Shown here piece after piece: positions 16,253-24,948 of a DNA stretch of 34,754 bases (the first letter of the stretch is position 1; the number at the start of each line of letters is the position of its first letter). Source of the DNA: Mollicutes bacterium (lineage in GTDB: Bacteria > Bacillota_I > Bacilli_A > RF39 > UBA660); NCBI GenBank assembly GCA_003560455.1, contig PWIL01000034.1:1-34754 (forward strand), in the 5' to 3' direction. The notes beneath the pieces are model-generated. The model was given only the letters and a program-made list of their open reading frames with translations. It searched no databases and was not told the DNA's origin. The position numbers and the translations under genes are program-made.

Positions 16253-18531
16253 ATGAAAAAAAAGGCTTTACTTTAATAGAATTATTAGCAGTAATTGTAA
16301 TATTAGCAATTATTCTTTTAATTGTGATACCAATAGTTTTAAATGTTATTAATGACGCTAGAAAAGGAGCGTTTGAAGCGACAGCAATGGGACTTTTAAA
16401 AACAGCTGAAAATGAGTGTTTAGCAGAAATGTTAAAAGGAACAGGTTTAATTAAAGAAGTTGAATTTAATGATTGGCAAATAACTAGTGAAGATGAATTA
16501 GCTTTTTCAGGAAGAGGAGCTAAAGGTGGAGATATTCATGTCAATGCTCAATGTAAAATAGCAATGGCAATTCATAATGGTGATTGGTGTATTACAAAAG
16601 AATATGATAGTGATGAAATAGTGACAACACCTTATGATGGTGAATGTGGTTTGGGAGAATCATTTGTTTTTTCATGTGATAATGAAGGTTACCCTTGTCT
16701 TCAGTGGGAAGGCAATCCATCATGGGGGACTGTTATTCAAGATGCTGGTGTCCAAGAAATTGAAACACGGGTTGCTACTGGCGATGAAATTGAGATTCAT
16801 AATTGGCATGATTTGCGGGCAATTGATGCGAATGAAGAAAATTTGAACAAAGAATATATTCTTATGGCCGATTTAAATAGTGATAGTCCCGGTTATGAAG
16901 AATATGTTAGCAATCCTAGTGATGGTTGGGATCCAATTAGTGATATAACACTCGAATATATAGTTGATGTTTCATCAGCAACTGGCGGCGGTTTTGTTCT
17001 TAGTGGTTATTGTGAAAACTCAGATAACAATTTTGAAGTAGGCCCGATAGATTATGATATTAATCAAGAAGGGTTAGATAATCTTTTTGGTTGGAATCAA
17101 GAATATTGGGATGAAGTAAAATTTTCTACATATGAAGTGATAGAAGAAGGGCGTTATCGATTTGTTTTTAGTGGTCCAGGGGGAGGGATTAAACCGTTTG
17201 ATGCTGAATTAACAGTGGATGACCAAACTTTAAATGGGGAAGCTAATATAGAGCATAAACCGCCATTTACAGGTTCATTTGATGGTAATGGTTATACGAT
17301 AGATGCTTTAATTATTGATAAATCAAATTTAGACGGTATTGGATTATTTGGATTAGTAAAAGATGCTGAATTTATTAATGTAGCATTAAGTAATATTAAT
17401 ATAAATGGAAATGATCATGTTAGCGGGTTAATAGGTTATGGTAGTGGTGATGTTGATATAGTAAATTCCTATATTGAAGGAGAAGTTGTCGGAAATGAGG
17501 AAGTAGGTGGAATAATTGGGTTTTTGCGTGAAGGAAATATTAATCTTGAAAATTCATATTTTGCTGGTAATGTTTTAGGCGATAGTGAAGTAGGTGGAAT
17601 AATTGGGTTTAGTCGTGATTCAAATGTTAGCATTGAAAACTCATATTTTACCGGTGACATTGCTGCTGATGACGAATGTGTTGGCGGATTAATAGGTTAT
17701 GCTGATACTGGTAAAGTTGAAATTGAAAACTCTTATGTTGAAGGTGATATTTTAGCATCAGGTAGTTATATTGGTGGTTTAGTTGGTTATATTTATGAAG
17801 ATGAAGCAGAAAATCGCGCCCAAATAACAAATTCCTATTTTGAAGGAAATATTACAGGCGAACATTTAATAGGTGGTTTAATTGGTTTTTATTTTAATTG
17901 GCAAGAACCTCTTCAAGACGCTCAAATAATAAATTCTTACGTCAAAGGGAATCTTCAAGGAGAGTATAGTGTTGGCGGATTAATTGCTCAAAGTTTTCGA
18001 GATATTAAGATAACAAATTCCTATTTTGAAGGAGAAGTTTTAGGTGGTTTTAATGTTGGTGGTTTAGTTGGTGAAAGTTATAAAAATCTAGAAATAGAAG
18101 AGACTTATATAAAGGCTGATGTATTTGCAAATAATGATGTGGGTGGTATCATAGGTTATATTGATTCACTTGTAGACATCATAATAACAAATTCTTATGG
18201 AAAAATTAATGTTACTGGTTTATCAGGAACTGTTGGTGGTTTGACACCGATAATGTTGCATGATGTAAATTATTTACAGATAACCAACTTTTATTTAGTT
18301 AGTGATATAACTGGTGGCGATGATTCTGGAGTAATTATTGGGATCGTTTATAGCGAACCTAATATTACCATAAATTCTTCTTTTTTTAATGGTGATATCA
18401 ATGAAAATTTAGATGCAGTAGGTACTGGCGAGAGTGTCAATTTTATTAATTCTAATACAGAGGATATGTTAATAAAAAACACATATGAAGAAGAAGGTTG
18501 GGATTTTGAAGAAATCTGGCAGATAGAATAA
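16253..18531 (+). CDS. Large modular prepilin-type protein: class-III signal/pilin module plus GLUG-motif repeat domain. It requires a -1 shift (or one extra A) at the A8 tract 16256-16263
   Basis: SD + ATG 16253 + A8 gives MKKKALL-stop in frame 0. The -1 frame from 16264 reads GFTLIELLAVIVILAIILLIVIP... and continues for 756 codons to TAA 18531. Downstream motifs: W.PI, FTGSFDGNGYTIDALII, GIGLFG and about 11 copies of NSY.xG.v.g...VGGLIGy (GLUG motif). Confidence 0.6.
16258..16264 (+). other. A_AAA_AAG slippery heptamer / A8 homopolymer at codons 2-4 of the prepilin gene
   Basis: A AAA AAG sits in the ATG frame, and the initiation SD ends 10 nt upstream (16247). A -1 slip puts GGC (16264) in frame. 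Confidence 0.5.
17314..18432 (+). repeat. Array of about 11-12 degenerate 27-34-codon GLUG-motif coding repeats
   Basis: Protein-level periodicity follows the pattern NSY[FIV].G.[VIL].G...VGG[LI]IG[FY]. An exact 24-nt duplicate GAAGTAGGTGGAATAATTGGGTTT occurs at 17500-17523 and 17587-17610. ACAAATTCCTATTTTGAAGGA recurs at about 17827 and about 18011. Confidence 0.85.
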
Positions 18532-18693
18532 AAATTTAGATATTAATGTTTTATTTTTGTGCTAAACAAAACACATGAAAAATTAATGTGTCTTTTTTAA
18601 AATCACTTTTTTAACTAAACTGATACTTAAGTTCTTTTTTTGATGGACAATAGTATCAATAAATGATAAAATGTAACATAGAAAGTGAGGCGA

Positions 18694-20088
18694 ATGAACT
18701 TGAAAAAATATTGGCAGTTTATTCAAAAAAATAGTTTAGAAAGTGTTTTATTAGGAATATTATTAATTATAGTATTGTTATCTTGGTTTATTTATCCTGG
18801 TCGATTTCATGAAGGAGTTTTTGTTTTAGGTGATGAAAAAAAGATGATTGGTGTCTTTGATTTAATTAAGTTACCATATATAACGATTGCAACTTCAATT
18901 CATATTGTTTTATATGTATTGATTATCGGTGGTTTATATGGGGTTTTAAATAAAACGAAAGTTTATCAACAAGTAGTGATGTACTGGGCGGATAAATTAG
19001 GTGATAAAGTAGTTTTGATTGTAACTATTTTGTTAATATCTTTATCATCTTTAACTGGAAATCTATATTTATTATTTGTATTAGTGCCATTTTTTGTTGC
19101 TTTAATACTATACAATAAATATGACATGTTAACTGCTTTTGCGGCTACAGTTGGTGCGATTATAATAGGAAATTCAGTGGCATTATTCCATACAGTATTT
19201 TCCGCAGCTTTTAGTTATTATTATCGTGTTGATGTTTTTTCTTTTCTATTTGAAAAAATAATTGTTTTTTTGATTGTGTTAGCGGGCTATAGCTTGTGGG
19301 TTAATAAAAAGAAAAAAACTGCTAATGAACAGATTCCTTTATTTGAAAAAGTTCGCAAGAAAAAGCAGGAATTAACTACCGGTTTTTTATTATTTTCAAG
19401 TGTATTTGTTGGTTTTCTTTTTCTAGTTATGTATGATTGGGTGTATGTTTTCGGAATTTCTTTTTTTGAAGATTTATCTAAAAGAATAAAAGATTTACCT
19501 GTTTTAGGTAATTTATTAGGAGATATTCCAAACTTTGGTTTTTGGGGTATATATGAATTATTAAATATTATTATTATTTTTATAATTTTAATAGTATTTA
19601 TTTTTAATATTAAACTGAAAGATGCGTATCAAGGCTTTATTTCTGGAGTAAAATCAATGGTTAAACCAGCACTTTATATGGGCTTTGTCTTTTTCACGTA
19701 TTATTTAATTGCTCACTTACAAGGAGGCATCAATATTTATTATGCAATTGTTAATCAAATAATATTAATGACGAAAAACTTTGAATTAGTTGGTTATGGT
19801 TTAATTGGTTTTATTAGTCTTATTTTTTATAATAATCTTGCTGAATATGTTTATAATACAACCCTTTTTATAGATGTAGTTGAGGTATCAATTAAACCAG
19901 TAATTCCATTAGTTTTAAAAAGTTTTTATGCTTTAGGAATGTTTATATTGCCAACTAGTTTGTTTTTAGTGGGTGGTTTAGTTTATTTAAAAATAAATTA
20001 TTTTGATTGGTTAAAATATATTTATCGATTTGTTCTAATTTTATTTATTTTAAATATTGGTTTTTTGCTATTATTAGCTAATCTTTAA
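18694..20088 (+). CDS. YfcC-family (DcuC/ion-transporter superfamily) integral membrane permease
   Basis: It has more than 10 TM helices and aligns by eye with E. coli YfcC. For example, VLYVLIIGGLYGVLNKT aligns with MFMLVIGGAFGIVMRTG, and the C-terminal ILPTSLFLVGGLVYLKINYFDWLKY aligns with IYPTSASLMATLGVCRVDFRNWLKV. ATG 18694 follows GTGAGG. Confidence 0.65.
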   Translation: MNLKKYWQFIQKNSLESVLLGILLIIVLLSWFIYPGRFHEGVFVLGDEKKMIGVFDLIKLPYITIATSIHIVLYVLIIGGLYGVLNKTKVYQQVVMYWADKLGDKVVLIVTILLISLSSLTGNLYLLFVLVPFFVALILYNKYDMLTAFAATVGAIIIGNSVALFHTVFSAAFSYYYRVDVFSFLFEKIIVFLIVLAGYSLWVNKKKKTANEQIPLFEKVRKKKQELTTGFLLFSSVFVGFLFLVMYDWVYVFGISFFEDLSKRIKDLPVLGNLLGDIPNFGFWGIYELLNIIIIFIILIVFIFNIKLKDAYQGFISGVKSMVKPALYMGFVFFTYYLIAHLQGGINIYYAIVNQIILMTKNFELVGYGLIGFISLIFYNNLAEYVYNTTLFIDVVEVSIKPVIPLVLKSFYALGMFILPTSLFLVGGLVYLKINYFDWLKYIYRFVLILFILNIGFLLLLANL

Positions 20089-20712
20089 ATGATAGAAGAA
20101 TTTACTTATCGGGAATTAAAAATAAAAGTAATTCGCAAAAAAATAAAACATACTTATTTACGAGTTAATGAAAATAAAGAAGTAATTATTTCTACTTCTT
20201 TTCAAACCAAACAAAAGGAATGGCAAAAACTAGTCGATCAATATTATAATAAAATTCAAATAATGCGAGAAAAACAAATCGATAATGATATTTTACATCT
20301 TTTTGGTAAAAAATATCGCAAAATCAAAATGAGTGGGATTGCTAATGTTGAAATATTAGAAGACAAAATTTTTTATAGTAATGAAAAAAAATTACATAAT
20401 TGGTATTTACAAGAAACCAAAAACTACTTTGAGGAATTATTAATTTCTGAACAAAAAAAGTTTTCTAAAAAAATACCATTACCAGGATTAAAAATTCGCA
20501 AAATGAAATCGCGTTGGGGTGTTTGTCATCGTGGTAAAAAAAGAATTACCTTAAATCTTGACTTAATGCGGTTTGAACAACCAGCAATTCAATATGTTAT
20601 TATTCATGAATTAGCACATTTTATTTATCCTAATCATAGTCCTAATTTTTGGTCACTAGTTCAAGAAAACTGTCCTGACTATCAAAAATTAAGAAAATTA
20701 TTTCGGACTTAA
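20089..20712 (+). CDS. DUF45/YgjP-like (M48-related, SprT-like) zinc metallopeptidase
   Basis: The C-terminal motif YVIIHELAHFIYPNHSPNFWSLVQENCPDYQKLRKL contains HExxH and is characteristic of DUF45. The start codon abuts the upstream stop. Confidence 0.75.
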   Translation: MIEEFTYRELKIKVIRKKIKHTYLRVNENKEVIISTSFQTKQKEWQKLVDQYYNKIQIMREKQIDNDILHLFGKKYRKIKMSGIANVEILEDKIFYSNEKKLHNWYLQETKNYFEELLISEQKKFSKKIPLPGLKIRKMKSRWGVCHRGKKRITLNLDLMRFEQPAIQYVIIHELAHFIYPNHSPNFWSLVQENCPDYQKLRKLFRT

Positions 20713-20721
20713 GGAGTTTTA

Positions 20722-22371
20722 ATGAAAAAAAACAGTTTTATGGAAGGGGCGTTTATTGCCACTGCTTCAATTTTTTTAATAAAAATATTAGGAATATTAT
20801 ATATTATTCCTTTTTATCATTTGGTTGGAGTTAAAGGGGCGATTTTATATGGCTATGCTTATAGCATATATATTATATTTTTGGGTTTATCAACCCGTGG
20901 TATTACGGTTGCTATTAGCAAAATGGTTAGTGAATATAATGCTTTAGAGCAATATTACTTAAAAGAAAGAGCTTATAAAATAGCTGCTTTTTTAATTATT
21001 ATTTTAGGATTATTTTTCTTTGTCGTTTTAATGGCTTTTGCCCCACAAATAGCAGCCTTAATTTTAGGAGAATTGCAAGAGGGGAATACGATTGCTGAAG
21101 TTACTTATGTTGTGCGATTAATTGCAGTTGCCTTATTAATTGTTCCTTTATTAGCCGTTACTAAGGGGTATTTACAGGGACACCAATTTATTTATCCAGC
21201 GAGTTTCGCTCATTTGATTGAACAATTTGTTCGGGTATTAGTTATTGTGGTGGGAAGTTACTTGGTAATCAATATTTTTGCTTTACCAGTTGAAATTGCA
21301 GTTGGGGTAGCAGTTTTAGGAGCGTCAGCAGGTGCTTTAGTTGCTTTTATTTATTTATATCAAAAAATACACAAAAATCGGCAAAGTTTAAACAAGGATG
21401 AACCAATTACACAATCAGAATCGCAAGTATCGAATCGCGAACTTTTTTGGAAAATTATTTTTTACGCGATGCCGTTTCTTTTAATTGATGTTTTTAAATC
21501 GGGCTTTGCTTTAATTGATACTTTTACGGTTGTACGAACAATGGTTGCATTAGGTAGCGGTGAAATAGCTGAATTGACGCTAGGAGTAATCACTAATTTA
21601 GGAAGCAAATTAAATATGGTTATTATCTCAATTTCAATTGGCATAACCATCAGCCTAGTGCCCAATATAGCAGCCAGTTTTGCACTTAAAAAATACCAAG
21701 AAATAAATCAAAAAATAAATCAAACATTATTAGTAATTTTGTTTATTGGATTGCCAATGACAGTCGGCATGTATTTTTTAATTCAACCAACTTGGGTATT
21801 TTTCTATGAATATGATGCCATGGCGATTGCAATTTTTCGCCCTTATCTTTTACAAGCATTAATTTTTGCTTTTTTCTCGGTTTTATTAAGAACTCTTCAG
21901 TTGATGAATCATACCAAACTAGTTCTCGGAATTTTATTTACTATTTTTATGATTAAAGCATTTTTAAACATCCCGCTAATGCACTTATTTGATAGTTTGG
22001 GAATTGCTGTTTATTATGCTCCAATTTTTTTAACCTTAATTGTCCAGTTATCAGTAATTTTTATTCTATTAATTTATTTAAATAAAAAATATCAGTTTTC
22101 AATTTTCCATAATTATCGTCAATATATGAAAATTATTATTATTACTATTATGATGACATTAATTTTACTTACTATCGAAACAATTATTCCAATTAATGCT
22201 GTTACGAGAGACGCTGCTTTTTTTGAATTAATGTTTTTTGGTACAATTGGTACTATAATTTATTTTTTAATTGCTTATCATAGTGGTCTAATGCAAGAAA
22301 TTTTTGGGCATAAATTTATAAAAAAAATAGTTGATAAAATGCGGTTAGAACTTGTTTTTAGTCGAAAATAG
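20722..22371 (+). CDS. MOP-superfamily flippase (YtgP/SpoVB/MurJ-like putative lipid II / polysaccharide flippase)
   Basis: A 14-TM-type protein. The N-terminus GAFIATASIFLIKILGILYIIPFYHLVGVKGAILYGYAYSIYIIFLGLSTRGITVAISKMVSEYNA resembles B. subtilis YtgP/SpoVB. Confidence 0.8.
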   Translation: MKKNSFMEGAFIATASIFLIKILGILYIIPFYHLVGVKGAILYGYAYSIYIIFLGLSTRGITVAISKMVSEYNALEQYYLKERAYKIAAFLIIILGLFFFVVLMAFAPQIAALILGELQEGNTIAEVTYVVRLIAVALLIVPLLAVTKGYLQGHQFIYPASFAHLIEQFVRVLVIVVGSYLVINIFALPVEIAVGVAVLGASAGALVAFIYLYQKIHKNRQSLNKDEPITQSESQVSNRELFWKIIFYAMPFLLIDVFKSGFALIDTFTVVRTMVALGSGEIAELTLGVITNLGSKLNMVIISISIGITISLVPNIAASFALKKYQEINQKINQTLLVILFIGLPMTVGMYFLIQPTWVFFYEYDAMAIAIFRPYLLQALIFAFFSVLLRTLQLMNHTKLVLGILFTIFMIKAFLNIPLMHLFDSLGIAVYYAPIFLTLIVQLSVIFILLIYLNKKYQFSIFHNYRQYMKIIIITIMMTLILLTIETIIPINAVTRDAAFFELMFFGTIGTIIYFLIAYHSGLMQEIFGHKFIKKIVDKMRLELVFSRK

Positions 22372-22398
22372 TGTATAATGTTTTATAGGAGGTAGATT

Positions 22399-22944
22399 AT
22401 GATATTAGTAATTTTTGGTATTGTTGCCGTTCTTTTATTTATTGTAGTAGGAATTTATAATACTTTAGTTAAAAAGCGTAATCGTGTTAAAGATCAGTGG
22501 GCGCAAATTGATGTATTATTAAAAAGACGTGCTGATTTAATTCCTAACTTGGTTGAAACGGTGAAAGGATATGCAGCGCATGAAAAAGAAACTTTTGAAA
22601 ATGTAACTGAAGCAAGAGCAAAAGTTGTCAATGCTCCAAATGCTGAAGCAGAATTAAAAGCAAATGGCGAACTTAGTCAAGCCTTAAGTCGTTTAATGGT
22701 TGTGGCTGAAGCTTATCCAGAATTAAAAGCAAATGAGAATTTTCTTGATTTACAAAAACAACTACGGGAAACTGAAGATAAAATTGCTTATGCAAGACAA
22801 TTTTATAATGATGCTGTTTTAATGTATAAAAACAAGTTAGAAATGTTTCCATCAAATGTAGTTGCTTCGTTATTTAGCTTTAAACCTGAACCATTTTTTG
22901 AAGCAAGTGAACAAGATAGAACAACCCCACAAGTTAAATTTTAA
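22399..22944 (+). CDS. lemA: LemA family membrane protein
   Basis: An N-terminal TM helix, then [55 protein letters not shown], the LemA signature. Confidence 0.9.
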   Translation: MILVIFGIVAVLLFIVVGIYNTLVKKRNRVKDQWAQIDVLLKRRADLIPNLVETVKGYAAHEKETFENVTEARAKVVNAPNAEAELKANGELSQALSRLMVVAEAYPELKANENFLDLQKQLRETEDKIAYARQFYNDAVLMYKNKLEMFPSNVVASLFSFKPEPFFEASEQDRTTPQVKF

Positions 22945-22967
22945 ACTTACTTCGGTAAGTTTTTTTT
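22943..22967 (+). terminator. UUCG-tetraloop hairpin + T-run between lemA and the DUF2207 gene (partial terminator/attenuator)
   Basis: AAACTTAC (22943-22950), loop TTCG, GTAAGTTT (22955-22962), with T's to 22967. It is immediately followed by GGAGG and ATG 22977. Confidence 0.65.
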
Positions 22968-22976
22968 GGAGGAATT

Positions 22977-24866
22977 ATGAAAAAATTAAAATATTTAATC
23001 TTTTTATTGCTTTTTATTTTTATCCCAACTTTAAAAGCTGATGTTATCAGTGATTATTATATGGATATTCAAGTTTTAGATGATGGAAATTTAAAAGTTC
23101 GTGAAATATTTATGCTTGAAGGTGAATATGAAAATGGCTATCAACGAGAAATTGTTTTTAATAATTTAAATTCACCAGCTTTTAATAATGATGTTGAATC
23201 GTTTAAACAAAGTGATATCTATAATATGTCTGGTGTGGAAGTTTTAGAAGTTCGTTTTTTAAAAAGAGATGGACAGTTATCTTTTGCTGATTTAGATCGG
23301 GATGGTGTAACGGCAGAATTAGATCAAAATGCTTATCGTGGTGAATTTGGCAAGTATAAAGTTGCTCGTCATGTGGATAGGAATAAACAAGAAAAACAAA
23401 TCACAATGTATAATCCCGGTTTAAGAAATCATCCGATTTTTTATGTTGAATATATTTTAAAAGATGCAGTTGTGCTTCATCAAGATGTTGCTGAAGTATA
23501 TTTAAATATTTTTACTGAACAAATGCGTGAAGCAGTTCGCAATATGGAAATAAGAGTTAATATTCCAGGCAATCAAGATGAAGTTCGACTTTGGGGTCAC
23601 GGACCTTTGCATGGGAGCAGTGAAATTGTTGATCAAGAAAATTTATTGTTTGAGATAAAAAATTTAAACGCCAGGACGCCATTAACAATTCGTTTTGTTT
23701 TTGATAAAGATGTAATTGCAAGTGCTGAAAAAACTACTGAAGTTGAAGCTCTGCCTTTAATTTTAGAAGTTGAGGAAATGCGAGCAGATGCTGCTAATCG
23801 GCAACGTCAACTTTTTCAGGCTTTAAACTTTGTTTTTTATATTGTTGTGGTTATTTGGTTGTATTTTGTGGTTCAAGCAGTCCGCAAAGCCTTTGAAGTT
23901 ACTAAACCATATCAAACAACTTTTCGGACAAGATATTTTCGGGATTTTCCCAATGATTATCCGCCAACAGTTGTTAGTTTTTTATTAAATGAGAAAATAG
24001 AACGAAGAGATATTTCAGCGACTATTTTAGATTTAATCCAAAGAAAAGTAATCGCTTATCGAACTGATAACAAAAAAAATTATATTTTCACCCGTAATAC
24101 CGGTCAGTTTGAATTAACCGAAAGTGAAGAATATTTACTAACATTTTTATTCAATGATATTGGAAAAGCAGGGTCGGCATCAGGGGTTAATAGCAGTGAA
24201 TTTACAATTCGTGATGTCAATTCTTATGCTAGAAAAAATAGTCAAACCTTTATCAATAAATATGATCGTTGGTGGACGCTTGCTACTTCGGAAGCTCGTC
24301 AATATGATTTTTTCTATGATACTTTTCCGGAAGAAAAAAAAGCCATGTGGATTTCGGCAATTGGATTTATCTTATTTTTTATCGCCATATATATTGAACA
24401 ATTTTTATTAATGGCGGTCGTGTTTATTATTCCGTTTGTTGTCAATATTTATTTTGGAATGCGGAAAAAAAGAAAAAAACATGCTAATGAAAGTTATGTT
24501 CGTTGGATGGGTCTAAAAAACTTTCTTGACGATTTTGGTAATTTTAAAGAACGGGAACTGCCCAAAATTGAATTATGGGAAAAATATTTAGTTTACGCAG
24601 TGGTCTTTGGTAATGCGCAAAAATTATCCAAACAAATGAAAATTAAATTTAAAGAGGTTCCAGATAATCAACATTTTAATCATCATTTACTTTATATTGG
24701 TACTTTTTCAGCTTTAAATAGCTCATTATCGACAGGCTTTACTAGAAGTTTTAATACGGCAAGATCAACGATTGCTTCTCAATCATCGTCTGGTGGTGGC
24801 TTTGGTGGCGGCTTTTCTGGTGGCGGTGGCTTCGGCGGCGGTGGCGGCGGCGGCGGTCGCTTTTAA
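22977..24866 (+). CDS. DUF2207 domain membrane protein with a Gly-rich C-terminal tail
   Basis: Signal peptide, large extracytoplasmic domain, TM segments, a cytoplasmic region, more TM segments, then the tail SSSGGGFGGGFSGGGGFGGGGGGGGRF. This architecture, and the pairing with LemA, is typical of DUF2207. Confidence 0.8.
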   Translation: MKKLKYLIFLLLFIFIPTLKADVISDYYMDIQVLDDGNLKVREIFMLEGEYENGYQREIVFNNLNSPAFNNDVESFKQSDIYNMSGVEVLEVRFLKRDGQLSFADLDRDGVTAELDQNAYRGEFGKYKVARHVDRNKQEKQITMYNPGLRNHPIFYVEYILKDAVVLHQDVAEVYLNIFTEQMREAVRNMEIRVNIPGNQDEVRLWGHGPLHGSSEIVDQENLLFEIKNLNARTPLTIRFVFDKDVIASAEKTTEVEALPLILEVEEMRADAANRQRQLFQALNFVFYIVVVIWLYFVVQAVRKAFEVTKPYQTTFRTRYFRDFPNDYPPTVVSFLLNEKIERRDISATILDLIQRKVIAYRTDNKKNYIFTRNTGQFELTESEEYLLTFLFNDIGKAGSASGVNSSEFTIRDVNSYARKNSQTFINKYDRWWTLATSEARQYDFFYDTFPEEKKAMWISAIGFILFFIAIYIEQFLLMAVVFIIPFVVNIYFGMRKKRKKHANESYVRWMGLKNFLDDFGNFKERELPKIELWEKYLVYAVVFGNAQKLSKQMKIKFKEVPDNQHFNHHLLYIGTFSALNSSLSTGFTRSFNTARSTIASQSSSGGGFGGGFSGGGGFGGGGGGGGRF

Positions 24867-24902
24867 GCAAACAATCATAAATATATTTTTGCAACATGAT
24901 AG

Positions 24903-24931
24903 TTGTTGTTTTTAGTAAAAGAAATTATAAT
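24903..24931 (+). promoter_or_regulatory. sigmaA-type promoter for trmB
   Basis: TTGTTG (24903-24908), a 17-nt spacer, then TATAAT (24926-24931). Confidence 0.5.
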
Positions 24932-24948
24932 TAAAGAGAGGTTTATCA

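Noticed and set aside
17314-18432. Regularly spaced repeats that might suggest a CRISPR array or a mobile-element repeat.
   Set aside because: The repeats are in frame within one long ORF, degenerate at the DNA level, and correspond to the GLUG protein motif. There are no unique spacers and no cas genes.
16324-18531. Taking GTG 16324 (ORF-track start) as the real start of the GLUG protein.
   Set aside because: There is no SD upstream. It would begin in the middle of the hydrophobic pilin helix and discard the perfectly preserved G|FTLIE cleavage motif, which is encoded in the same frame just upstream. The SD+ATG at 16241-16255 is clearly the intended start region.
24780-24866. A GC-rich island (GGT/GGC repeats) as a possible structured RNA or recombination site.
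   Set aside because: It is the Gly-rich C-terminal tail characteristic of DUF2207 proteins, and it is in frame to the stop codon.
24867-24902. Possible terminator hairpin after the DUF2207 gene (CAAACAATCAT ... ATGATAGTTGTTG + TTTTT).
   Set aside because: The stem is interrupted by a bulge and mismatches, and I could not fold it convincingly by eye. It is left unannotated.
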